Positions 29,458 through 37,210 of a stretch of DNA of 64,000 nucleotides are shown here, piece after piece; positions within the stretch are counted from its first letter, which is position 1; each line of letters starts with the position of its first letter. This stretch comes from an uncultured Mageeibacillus sp. GTDB taxonomy: Bacteria > Bacillota > Clostridia > Saccharofermentanales > UBA5734. The stretch covers positions 10,916 to 74,915 of the forward strand of contig CAZCMX010000001.1 of NCBI GenBank assembly GCA_964499985.1, written 5' to 3'. The notes under the pieces are model-generated. The model saw only the letters and a list, made by a program, of their open reading frames with translations. It searched no databases and had not been told where the DNA came from. Made by a program: the position numbers and the translations under genes.

Positions 29458-30392
29458 GTGCCTGCCATTTATGTCCCCGCGCCTGCGGGGCATCCAGGAC
29501 TCTGGAAAACCCGGGCCTGTGCGGGATCCGCACCGGTCCGGGTTTATTCCGGGTGGCCAGGGTCATGGCCCATTTCTGGGAAGAGCCCTATATCAGTGGC
29601 TCGCGCGGTTCAGGCACGGTGTTTTTTTCCGGCTGTCCCCTGGGCTGCCGCTTCTGCCAGAACCACAGGATCAGCCAGCCGGACCAGGCCCAGGCCCTGC
29701 CCGGCACAGACCTTACCATGGCTGCGCTCAGTCAGCAGATGCAAGAGCTCGCCGCTCAAGGTGTGCATAACTTCAATCTGGTGACCGCCGGCCATTTTGC
29801 CGCGGATGTCCCGGCATTGGTCGAGACCTTGCACCAGCAGGGCACCCGTTTGCCAATAGTCTGGAATACCAGCGCCTATGAATCCGTGGCCACCTTAAGG
29901 CGTCTCGACGGTTTCATCGACGTCTATCTGCCGGATTTCAAATTCTGGGATTCCAGCCTGAGTGCCGGATTGTCCCGGGCACCTGACTATGCCAGGGTGG
30001 CTGCCCTGGCTATTGGTGAAATGTACCGGCAGCAGCCAGTCACCGTCTTTGACGCGGAGGGTCTGCTGGTCAAAGGGGTAGCCTTGCGGCTGCTCGTCTT
30101 ACCGGGACATCATCGCGATGCCTTCAAGATTCTGGACTGGATCAGCAGTGAGCTGCCCTCAGACTGTCTGCTGGCGATCATGAACCAGTACACGCCTTTT
30201 CCGGAGCTGTTCGACAGCTTGGCCGACCATCCGGAAATGAAGCGGCGCCTGACCACCTACGAATATGACAAGGTCATTGAATATGCCCAAAAGAAGGGCT
30301 TGTCCCGGCTTCTGGGCCAGGAGCGGTCTGCCGCTAATGCCCGGTATACGCCAGATTTCCCAGGGCCAGTACCACGATCCGTGTCACGATAA
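29454..30392 (+). CDS. Radical SAM protein, PflX-like (COG1313-type, function unknown)
   Basis: N-terminal CHLCPRAC...GLCG cysteine block, HFWEEPYISGSRGSGTVFFSGCPLGCRFCQN (CX3CX2C). Its ATG overlaps the aminopeptidase stop (ATGA). Confidence 0.8.
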   Translation: MSACHLCPRACGASRTLENPGLCGIRTGPGLFRVARVMAHFWEEPYISGSRGSGTVFFSGCPLGCRFCQNHRISQPDQAQALPGTDLTMAALSQQMQELAAQGVHNFNLVTAGHFAADVPALVETLHQQGTRLPIVWNTSAYESVATLRRLDGFIDVYLPDFKFWDSSLSAGLSRAPDYARVAALAIGEMYRQQPVTVFDAEGLLVKGVALRLLVLPGHHRDAFKILDWISSELPSDCLLAIMNQYTPFPELFDSLADHPEMKRRLTTYEYDKVIEYAQKKGLSRLLGQERSAANARYTPDFPGPVPRSVSR

Positions 30393-30421
30393 GTGTCACG
30401 AAGGGACCGCCCTTTTCGACA

Positions 30422-31456
30422 TCAGGCTTTGCGCCGCCGCCGGCTCAGGGGATTGCTTTCCACAGCCTGATGCAAACGGTCAGCATCGACATGGGTATAG
30501 ATTTCTGTCGTCGCAATGCTGGAATGGCCGAGAATTTCCTGCAGGGCCCGGATATCAACCTTGCCGTATTTATACATCAGGGTGGCCGCCGTATGGCGCA
30601 GCTTATGGGTTGAATAGCGTTCTGGATCAAGACCGGATGCAGCGATGAAATTCTTGACCAGGACCTGGACCATTTTCGTGCTGATCCGGCGCCGGTTGCG
30701 GCTGACAAACAAAGCATCCTGGTCCTGCTGCTGCTTGTCCGGCCTGACTTTGAGGTAGTCATCCAGAGCATCGAGGCAAGCGGCATTGAGATAGATGGTC
30801 CGCTCCTTGCCGCCCTTGCCCAGGACGCGCAGAGTATCGCCCCGGATATCTGACCGATCGATATTGCATAGCTCAGACAAGCGCATGCCGCAATTGAGAA
30901 ACAAGGTCAGGATGCAGTAATCACGAGCCGACCAGGCATGGTTCGATTCAGCTGCCGTTTCCAGCAGCTTCTCGCTTTCCTCGAGCGACAGGTGGCGGGG
31001 CAATCGCCTGAGCAGCCGGGGGGATTCCAATTCCAGGGCGATGTTTTCATCGAGGATCCGGGCTTTGTTTTTCAGATAACCGAAAAAGGTCCGGATCGAA
31101 GCGACCCGCCGGGCCCTGATCGCCGGGCCATTCTGGCGCTCCACGGATAAAAAGGTGATGAATGCATAAAGATCGGCCAGGGTGATCGAGCGGATCAGGC
31201 CTTCGTCGACTTTGTCCAGAGGAATTTTCTCAAATTCCAGAGCAGCCGGACATAGTTTCCGGCGGCGAACCAGGAAACGGAAGAAGAGGACCAGATCATA
31301 GCGGTATTCCTTGATCGTCAGTGGCGACCGTTCCTTGATCGACTGGAAATAGCCGAGGAACTGGTCTAGCCAGACAAAGCTGTCCCGGGCCTTTTGCTCC
31401 GCTGGAAAAAAGGATTGGCCGGCCGCCTGTTCCGGATTGATCTTGGGGTCACTCAT
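30422..31456 (-). CDS. Tyrosine site-specific recombinase, XerC/XerD-like
   Basis: The catalytic region contains CGMRLSEL (Arg), GKGGKERTIYL (Lys), HKLRHTAAT (His-x-x-Arg) and LGHSSIATTEIYTHV (His...Tyr). The N-terminus has a SAM-like domain. The start was set to ATG 31456. Confidence 0.85.
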   Translation of the reverse strand: MSDPKINPEQAAGQSFFPAEQKARDSFVWLDQFLGYFQSIKERSPLTIKEYRYDLVLFFRFLVRRRKLCPAALEFEKIPLDKVDEGLIRSITLADLYAFITFLSVERQNGPAIRARRVASIRTFFGYLKNKARILDENIALELESPRLLRRLPRHLSLEESEKLLETAAESNHAWSARDYCILTLFLNCGMRLSELCNIDRSDIRGDTLRVLGKGGKERTIYLNAACLDALDDYLKVRPDKQQQDQDALFVSRNRRRISTKMVQVLVKNFIAASGLDPERYSTHKLRHTAATLMYKYGKVDIRALQEILGHSSIATTEIYTHVDADRLHQAVESNPLSRRRRKA

Positions 31457-31510
31457 CTTCTGGTCCTTTCCCGATCCATTTGGTATCATTTTCCCTGAAG
31501 AAGTACTCGC

Positions 31511-31539
31511 TTGTCAAAGAGGTTTTGCTATGGTAAAAT
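31511..31539 (+). promoter_or_regulatory. Putative sigma-A promoter for asd
   Basis: TTGTCA, a 17-nt spacer, then TAAAAT with an upstream TGg extended -10, about 60 nt before the asd ATG. Confidence 0.45.
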
Positions 31540-31598
31540 TCACGCGATAAAGACAAATGTCCGCGATGGATGGACTTTGCACATGAAGGAGAAGCAGC

Positions 31599-32684
31599 AT
31601 GGATAAGAAATTGAAAGTAGGCGTGATCGGCGGCACCGGCTATGTCGGCCAGCGCTTTTTGACTTTGCTGGACCAGCATCCCTGGTTCGAAACGGTGGCG
31701 ATTGCCGCCTCCCCCCGTTCAGCCGGTAAAACCTATGCCGAGGCGGTGGAGGGACGCTGGAAGATCGAGCGCGACCTGCCGGCAGCCATGGCCGCGATCC
31801 AGGTCCAGAGCACCGAGGCCATGCGCGAATTCTGCGAGCAGGTCGATTTTGTCTTCTGCGCCGTCGATATGAAAAAGGATGAAATCCGGGCGCTCGAGGA
31901 ACAGATCGCCCGGTTCGAAACCCCGGTGGTATCGAACAATTCAGCCCATCGCTGGACCCCGGATGTTCCGGTGATCATCCCCGAGATCAATCCGGAGCAT
32001 GCTCAGCTGATCGAAGCTCAGCGCCGCCGTCTCGGCACCAGCCGCGGCTTCATCACCGCCAAGCCCAATTGCTCGATCCAGAGCTATGTGCCCGCCCTGG
32101 CCGCCCTGAAGGATTTCGGCCCGGAGCAGGTCTTTGTCAGCACCTACCAGGCGATTTCCGGAGCAGGCAAGACTTTCCAGGACTGGCCGGAGATGGTCAA
32201 TAACCTGATCCCCTATATTGGGGGCGAAGAAGAGAAGAGCGAGCAGGAACCGTTGAAGATCTGGGGCACGATGCAAGATGGCCAGATCGTCAAGGCTCAA
32301 AGCCCGGTCATTTCAGCCCAGTGCTACCGGGTCGCTGTCCAGGAAGGCCATACGGCTTCCGTTGCCGTCAAGTTCAAAACCAAACCCAGCCAGGAGGAGA
32401 TCCTTTCTTGCTGGGCCAGCTATGAGGGGATTCCGCAGCAGGCCAAGCTGCCGTCGGCCCCAACGCCTTTCCTGACCTATTTTGCCGAGGATAACCGGCC
32501 ACAGCCGGTCCTCGACCGCGAGGTCGGACAGGGTATGGGCATCGCGATCGGCCGCCTGCGCGAAGATCCGCTTTTTGACTACAAATTTGCCTGTCTCTCC
32601 CACAATACGATCCGTGGCGCCGCCGGCGGTGCCGTCCTGACGGCTGAACTGCTCGTCCATCTGGGATATATCGGCAAAAAGTAA
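31599..32684 (+). CDS. asd: Aspartate-semialdehyde dehydrogenase
   Basis: VGVIGGTGYVGQRF NAD(P)-binding start, active-site AKPNCSIQ, and HNTIRGAAGGAVL near the C-terminus. Confidence 0.92.
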   Translation: MDKKLKVGVIGGTGYVGQRFLTLLDQHPWFETVAIAASPRSAGKTYAEAVEGRWKIERDLPAAMAAIQVQSTEAMREFCEQVDFVFCAVDMKKDEIRALEEQIARFETPVVSNNSAHRWTPDVPVIIPEINPEHAQLIEAQRRRLGTSRGFITAKPNCSIQSYVPALAALKDFGPEQVFVSTYQAISGAGKTFQDWPEMVNNLIPYIGGEEEKSEQEPLKIWGTMQDGQIVKAQSPVISAQCYRVAVQEGHTASVAVKFKTKPSQEEILSCWASYEGIPQQAKLPSAPTPFLTYFAEDNRPQPVLDREVGQGMGIAIGRLREDPLFDYKFACLSHNTIRGAAGGAVLTAELLVHLGYIGKK

Positions 32685-32753
32685 CCCAAGGCATGGACCG
32701 GAAGACCTGATCTACGCTACAATTGGCATCATGAAGGGATCCGGGAGGACAGC

Positions 32754-33737
32754 ATGATTACCATCAAAGACATCGCCGAACGTGCGGGTGTTTCCTATGC
32801 CACAGTATCGAGAGCCTTGAACAACCGCTCCGATGTCAGTAGCGAGACCAGAAAGCTGATCATGGAGCTGGCGGCTGAAATGGGCTACCAGCCCAATGCC
32901 ATCGCCCGCAGCCTGGTCAAGCGCAAATCGATGAACATTGCCCTGATCGTGCCAGACGTATCCAATCCATTCTTTGCGGATATCACCATGGCAGTCAATT
33001 CTGCCGCCGAAAACGCCGGATACACGACCATGGTCTGCAATACCGGCTGGGATCAGCAGAAGGAGCAGGAAAAGCTGCGGATCATGGTCGAGCAGCGCGT
33101 AGACGGCATCATCCTCAAGCCAACCGGATTTTTCAAGCCCGAAACCCTCGAGGCCTACAATGTGCCGATCGTGGTGTTCTGGCATGCCGGGGATGATGAC
33201 CTGTCGTATATCGAGGTCGACCATGAGGCAGGCAGCCGCCTGGCCGTCCAGCATCTGGTTGACCGGGGCTATAAGCGCATCGCCTATATCGGTGGCCAGG
33301 AGACCTCACCGTCCAACCAGATCCGTCTGCTGGCCTATCAGCAGACCTTGCAGGAGAATGGCCTGGTCGTCGATCCGAAGCTGATCAGCTTTGGTGGTTT
33401 CCGCCTCGAGAGCGGCTATGAGCGGTTTGGCCGGATGATGCAGCTGCCCAAGCCACCCGATGCCGTTTTCTGCAGCAATGACATCATCGCACTCGGGGTT
33501 CTCCAATATGCCCGCGAGCACAATATCCGCGTCCCCGAGGATTTTGGCATCATCGGTTTCGATGATATCAATTATGCCTCCTTGCCCCAGATTTTGCTCA
33601 GCACCGTTTCTCAGCCCCGTGACAAGCTCGGGGAAGAGGCCCTGAATGCGCTCATCCGCGAAATGGAGGCTTTCCCGGACCGGACCCGGCAGAGAATCCT
33701 GGTCGCACCCGAGCTGAAGGTCCGTTCCACGACCTGA
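32754..33737 (+). CDS. LacI-family transcriptional regulator
   Basis: Helix-turn-helix ITIKDIAERAGVSYATVSRALNN plus a periplasmic-binding-protein-like sugar-binding core (GFDDINYASL). Confidence 0.9.
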   Translation: MITIKDIAERAGVSYATVSRALNNRSDVSSETRKLIMELAAEMGYQPNAIARSLVKRKSMNIALIVPDVSNPFFADITMAVNSAAENAGYTTMVCNTGWDQQKEQEKLRIMVEQRVDGIILKPTGFFKPETLEAYNVPIVVFWHAGDDDLSYIEVDHEAGSRLAVQHLVDRGYKRIAYIGGQETSPSNQIRLLAYQQTLQENGLVVDPKLISFGGFRLESGYERFGRMMQLPKPPDAVFCSNDIIALGVLQYAREHNIRVPEDFGIIGFDDINYASLPQILLSTVSQPRDKLGEEALNALIREMEAFPDRTRQRILVAPELKVRSTT

Positions 33738-33786
33738 ACGATCGCCCGCCGGGACCTAACCGAGACCATAACCGAAAAGTCAAGGC

Positions 33787-33816
33787 TTGACGCCCGGCAA
33801 ACGGTTGTGCTAGATT
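33787..33816 (+). promoter_or_regulatory. Putative promoter of the leuA T-box leader
   Basis: TTGACG, an 18-nt spacer, then TAGATT. Confidence 0.4.
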
Positions 33817-33822
33817 ATTGCA

Positions 33823-34127
33823 AACGAACCTTTACAACCACAGACCTCACGTCGAAGAGGACCAGTAGACCAGCGAATGGATTTCAGAGAGCTGCCGCCA
33901 GGTGCAAGGCAGTATCCGGACGAGGTTGAACTCACCTCTGAGTGCACGCACTGAACCTCTGGCAGCAGGGTAGTAGGAGGCGTCGGGTTCTCCCGTTATC
34001 GAGACAGGGTATCGGCCTTTTGGGCCTGCACCCGCAGAGTGCATCGCTTTTAGCGATGAAGCGCAGTGGTACCGCGAAAGTCTTCATCAGTCTTTCGTCT
34101 CGCAAACAGAGACGAAAGACTTTTTTT
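33823..34127 (+). promoter_or_regulatory. T-box riboswitch leader, leucine specifier (CUC), with intrinsic terminator
   Basis: Stem I elements are GAAGAGG..AGTAG (GA/K-turn-like), AGAGAG and GGTGCAA. The specifier-loop context is GTTGAA-CTC-A at 33931-33933. The conserved T-box core AGTGGTACCGCG lies at 34065-34076. The terminator at 34090-34127 has a 12-bp stem GTCTTTCGTCTC/GAGACGAAAGAC plus T7. Confidence 0.85.
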
Positions 34128-34172
34128 ATTTCGCCTGGCCTGGCACTTAACCTTGAAAGGAGACTCTACCCC

Positions 34173-35840
34173 ATGAAAAACGTCCAGAAATACCAGCCAT
34201 TTCCGCCCGTCCACCTGCCCGACCGCCAATGGCCCAACCGGACCCTGACCAAAGCCCCGCTCTGGTGCAGTGTCGATTTGCGCGATGGCAACCAGGCACT
34301 GGAAATTCCCATGAATCTCGAGCAGAAATTGAAATTTTTCCAGCATCTGGTGGATCTGGGCTTTAAAACGATCGAAATCGGCTTTCCCGCTGCTTCAGAT
34401 ACTGAATTCGAGTTTACCCGCCATCTGATCGACCATCAGCTGATCCCTGAAGATGTCACCATCCAGGTGCTCACCCAGTCACGCCAGCACATCATTGAAC
34501 GGACCTTCGAGGCTCTGCGCGGAGTCGGAAAGGCGGTCGTCCATCTCTACAATTCCACCTCGACCCTGCAGCGCGAAGTAGTTTTCCGCATGGACCAGGC
34601 CCAGTGCAAGGAATTGGCTGTCTTCGGTGCGAAGCTGGTCAAAGAATTTGCCGAGAAGGACACCTTGGGCAGTGAATTCACTTTCGAGTATTCGCCGGAA
34701 AGCTTTACGGGTACGGAAATGGATTTTGCCGTTGAAATCTGCGATGCCGTCTGTGCGGTCTGGCAGCCCACCCCGGAGCATAAGGTGATCATCAATCTGC
34801 CGGCCACGGTGGAAATGTCCACCCCGAATATCTATGCCGACCAGATCGAATATTTCTGCCGCAAGACCCAGTATCGCGACAGCATCTGGGTCAGCCTGCA
34901 TACCCACAATGACCGCGGCACGGCCGTGGCGGCCACTGAGCTGGCCTTGCTGGCCGGCGCCGACCGGGTCGAAGGGACCTTGTTTGGCAATGGCGAGCGG
35001 ACTGGCAACAGCGATATCCTGACCTTGGCCATGAATCTGTTCTCACAGGGGATCGATCCTGAACTCGATTTCTCCAATATGAACGACATCATCGATATTT
35101 ACGAGGAAAACACCCGCATGACAGTGCCTCAGCGCCATCCTTATGCCGGCAAGCTCGTCTATACGGCTTTCTCTGGCTCGCACCAGGATGCCATCAATAA
35201 GGGCATGGCGATCATGAAAAAAGGGAAGAGGCACTGGGCAGTGCCCTACCTGCCGATCGATCCACTCGATGTCGGCCGCTCCTATGATCCGATCATCCGG
35301 ATCAACAGCCAGTCCGGCAAGGGTGGTGTGGCCTATATTCTGGAGCAGCATTTTGGCTATCAGCTGCCCAAGCCTGTCCAGCAGGCGTTCTCGACGATCG
35401 TCACCCGCGTATCCGACCAGCGCCAGTCCGACCTCACGCCGGCCGACCTGCATGAATTGTTCCTCGAAACCTATGTCAACCGCAGGCAGCCGCTCGACCT
35501 GATCAGCTATCGTGAGGAAATGCTCGATGACAAGACGGTCCAGATGAGTGCCCAGATCAAGGTCAAGGACGTGGAATACAGCATCAGCGGGTCGGGCAAT
35601 GGCTTGCTTGACGCATTCTGCCAGGCTTTGCAGAACCATCTCAATGGCCATTTTGAAATCACGGCCTATCATGAGCATGCTCTGGAACGTGGTACCGGTT
35701 CAGAGGCCATCACCTATGTGATCATCCAGAATGGCGGCAATAAGACTTATATTGGCGCCGGCATTTCCTCAAGTGTCAGCCGCTCCTCATTGCGGGCGAT
35801 TCTGTCGGCCGTCAACCAGATCCCAGGCATTGTGTCCTGA
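34173..35840 (+). CDS. leuA: 2-isopropylmalate synthase (long form)
   Basis: QPFPPVHLPDRQWPN...WCSVDLRDGNQAL, HTHNDRGTAVA, and a C-terminal LeuA-dimer regulatory domain. The start was set to ATG 34173 behind AAAGGAGA. The ORF-track extension to 33942 covers the T-box leader. Confidence 0.93.
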   Translation: MKNVQKYQPFPPVHLPDRQWPNRTLTKAPLWCSVDLRDGNQALEIPMNLEQKLKFFQHLVDLGFKTIEIGFPAASDTEFEFTRHLIDHQLIPEDVTIQVLTQSRQHIIERTFEALRGVGKAVVHLYNSTSTLQREVVFRMDQAQCKELAVFGAKLVKEFAEKDTLGSEFTFEYSPESFTGTEMDFAVEICDAVCAVWQPTPEHKVIINLPATVEMSTPNIYADQIEYFCRKTQYRDSIWVSLHTHNDRGTAVAATELALLAGADRVEGTLFGNGERTGNSDILTLAMNLFSQGIDPELDFSNMNDIIDIYEENTRMTVPQRHPYAGKLVYTAFSGSHQDAINKGMAIMKKGKRHWAVPYLPIDPLDVGRSYDPIIRINSQSGKGGVAYILEQHFGYQLPKPVQQAFSTIVTRVSDQRQSDLTPADLHELFLETYVNRRQPLDLISYREEMLDDKTVQMSAQIKVKDVEYSISGSGNGLLDAFCQALQNHLNGHFEITAYHEHALERGTGSEAITYVIIQNGGNKTYIGAGISSSVSRSSLRAILSAVNQIPGIVS

Positions 35841-36376
35841 TGGCATACGTGAACATCCGGCCCGCACAGCCAGGCGATTATCCGGCGATCCGGCGTATCC
35901 TGGGCTACTATATCGAGCAGACTACGGCCAGCTGGCGTTACGAGGTTCCTGGCCCGAGCTGGATCGAGCAATTTGCGGCCAGCCACCAGACCCCGGAGCG
36001 GCCGGTATTTGTGGCCGACTTTGAGGGACAGATCGTCGGTTATAGCTGCCTGTCTGATTTTCGGACCTATGAAGGTTATTGGCCCTGTGCGGAAAACAGT
36101 GTCTATGTGCTGCCAGACTATTTGAACCAGAAGATCGGCAGCCGGCTGATGCAGGCTTTGCTGAATGCCGCGGCCAAAACGCGATTGAAAAAAATCATTG
36201 CCGCCATTGATGCCGATAACCAGTCAAGCGTGCAATTCCACGAGCGCTTTGGTTTTGCCATCTGCGGCGAGCTCAAAGACATCGGTTTCAAAATGGATCG
36301 CTGGCTGAGCCTGGTCCTGATGGAACTCGATCTGGCTGAATATCAGGCTGCGCAAACATCCAGCGGGCCCGGCTGA
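35840..36376 (+). CDS. GNAT N-acetyltransferase (phosphinothricin/MSO acetyltransferase-like family)
   Basis: IRPAQPGDYPAIRRILGYYIEQTTASW, VADFEGQIVGY, and QKIGSRLMQALL..A..LKKIIAAI..DNQSSVQFHERFGF form a GNAT acetyl-CoA fold. Its start overlaps the leuA stop (TGATG). Confidence 0.8.
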   Translation: MAYVNIRPAQPGDYPAIRRILGYYIEQTTASWRYEVPGPSWIEQFAASHQTPERPVFVADFEGQIVGYSCLSDFRTYEGYWPCAENSVYVLPDYLNQKIGSRLMQALLNAAAKTRLKKIIAAIDADNQSSVQFHERFGFAICGELKDIGFKMDRWLSLVLMELDLAEYQAAQTSSGPG

Positions 36377-36423
36377 ACCCCAGACCAGGCAAAAGGGGTC
36401 CAGATCTGATATAGGGCACCTGA

Positions 36424-36467
36424 GAAGAGGCTGACTGCCGGATTTTCCGGAACAGCCTCTTTTTCTT
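36424..36467 (+). terminator. Rho-independent terminator after the GNAT gene
   Basis: GAAGAGGCTG ... CAGCCTCTTT stem enclosing an inner CCGG-ATTTT-CCGG hairpin, followed by a T-run. Confidence 0.7.
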
Positions 36468-36480
36468 GATTTTCTCCCTG

Positions 36481-36514
36481 CCAATTAGACAAAATTATTA
36501 TTTTGTCTAATTGG
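36481..36514. repeat. AT-rich perfect palindrome: 15-bp arms with a 4-nt centre
   Basis: CCAATTAGACAAAAT-tatt-ATTTTGTCTAATTGG, read directly from the sequence. It sits between the two convergent terminators. Confidence 0.9.
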
Positions 36515-36521
36515 CGATTTC

Positions 36522-36560
36522 AAAAAAACGCAGCTGGGGGGACTGCCCTGGCCAGCTGCG
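36522..36560 (-). terminator. Rho-independent terminator of the minus-strand 150-aa gene
   Basis: On the minus strand, CGCAGCTGG ... CCAGCTGCG is followed by T7. Confidence 0.7.
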
Positions 36561-36614
36561 GCTGATTTAAGGATCAAGGGGTCGAAACAAGGCCTGATTG
36601 CTGCTCCTCGATGA

Positions 36615-37067
36615 TCAAGGGCTGGCGGTTGTTCCCAGGCTGATGGCCTCACCCAGATGCTTGACGCCAATGATCCGGTACCATTCGGAAAGATCCTGGA
36701 TGGGATTGTAGACATTCAGCAAAAGGATCGCCAGCAGAACGGCAAACAAAATCAGCAAGGCTCTGCGCAAAAAACGCTGCTGGCGTTCGGACTGACGCTT
36801 GCGGTTGATTTTCGCCACCGTGGTATAGCCCTTGAGACGATAGACGCGTTCCTGGCCAACCCGGCGGATCGCCTTGACCGCCTGCTTGCTGTCTCGTTTC
36901 AAATCGAGCTTCAGCTGGCGCAGCCAGAACGGACCATGTTTCTTCAGATAGGCCATCCCCTGGGCCAGCCGGGCTTTCACCGGTTCGAAAAATGCCAGCA
37001 GCCGGTCCAGTCCCTGGGGCTGGGCAGGCCTTACCGGTTGATCAGGTTTGGTATCGAGACTTTTCAA
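36615..37067 (-). CDS. Hypothetical single-pass membrane protein, transcribed divergently from lexA
   Basis: 150 aa with a TTG start 7 nt behind GGAG (AAGGATGGAG). It has a basic N-terminal region of about 100 aa, one TM segment (ALLILFAVLLAILLL) and a 33-aa C-terminal tail. I recognise no domain in it. It has its own terminator. Confidence 0.6.
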   Translation of the reverse strand: MKSLDTKPDQPVRPAQPQGLDRLLAFFEPVKARLAQGMAYLKKHGPFWLRQLKLDLKRDSKQAVKAIRRVGQERVYRLKGYTTVAKINRKRQSERQQRFLRRALLILFAVLLAILLLNVYNPIQDLSEWYRIIGVKHLGEAISLGTTASP

Positions 37068-37136
37068 ATTGCAGCTCCATCCTTTGTGTCCAAATCACAA
37101 GGGATATTATAACGTAAAATCGGGACTGCAACAAAA

Positions 37137-37150
37137 CGAACATAAGTTTG
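37137..37150. promoter_or_regulatory. LexA operator (Cheo/SOS box) 1
   Basis: CGAACATAAGTTTG differs from the Firmicutes consensus CGAAC-N4-GTTCG at one position. It overlaps the lexA -35 TTGACA (37148-37153). Confidence 0.65.
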
Positions 37151-37176
37151 ACAAGGCCATGCCAGTTTGTTACGAT
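37148..37176 (+). promoter_or_regulatory. Putative lexA promoter
   Basis: TTGACA, a 17-nt spacer, then TACGAT. It is bracketed by the two SOS-box-like sites. Confidence 0.5.
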
Positions 37177-37181
37177 TGATT

Positions 37182-37195
37182 TGAACATGTGTTTG
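37182..37195. promoter_or_regulatory. LexA operator (Cheo/SOS box) 2
   Basis: TGAACATGTGTTTG (GAAC-N4-GTTT core, two mismatches to the consensus) lies just downstream of the lexA -10. Confidence 0.55.
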
Positions 37196-37210
37196 TTTTG
37201 GAGGCCTGAC

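Noticed and set aside
30422-31456. The tyrosine recombinase as the integrase of a prophage or genomic island.
   Set aside because: The flanking genes are housekeeping (radical SAM/aminopeptidase on one side, asd on the other). I could see no adjacent tRNA attachment site, direct repeats, excisionase, or phage or transposon genes, and no obvious compositional change. A chromosomal Xer-type recombinase is more likely.
33942-34172. The N-terminal extension of leuA in the ORF track (GTG 33942).
   Set aside because: This stretch is the T-box leader, including its terminator hairpin. The conserved LeuA sequence starts at ATG 34173 behind a good Shine-Dalgarno sequence.
36481-36514. The AT-rich palindrome as the chromosomal dif site for the nearby Xer-like recombinase.
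   Set aside because: Firmicutes dif sites (for example ACTTCCTAGAATATATATTATGTAAACT) are imperfect 28-bp sites with an 11-6-11 architecture. This element is a perfect 15-4-15 palindrome, and its arms do not match the conserved TTATGTAAACT XerD arm. It is kept only as a low-probability alternative.
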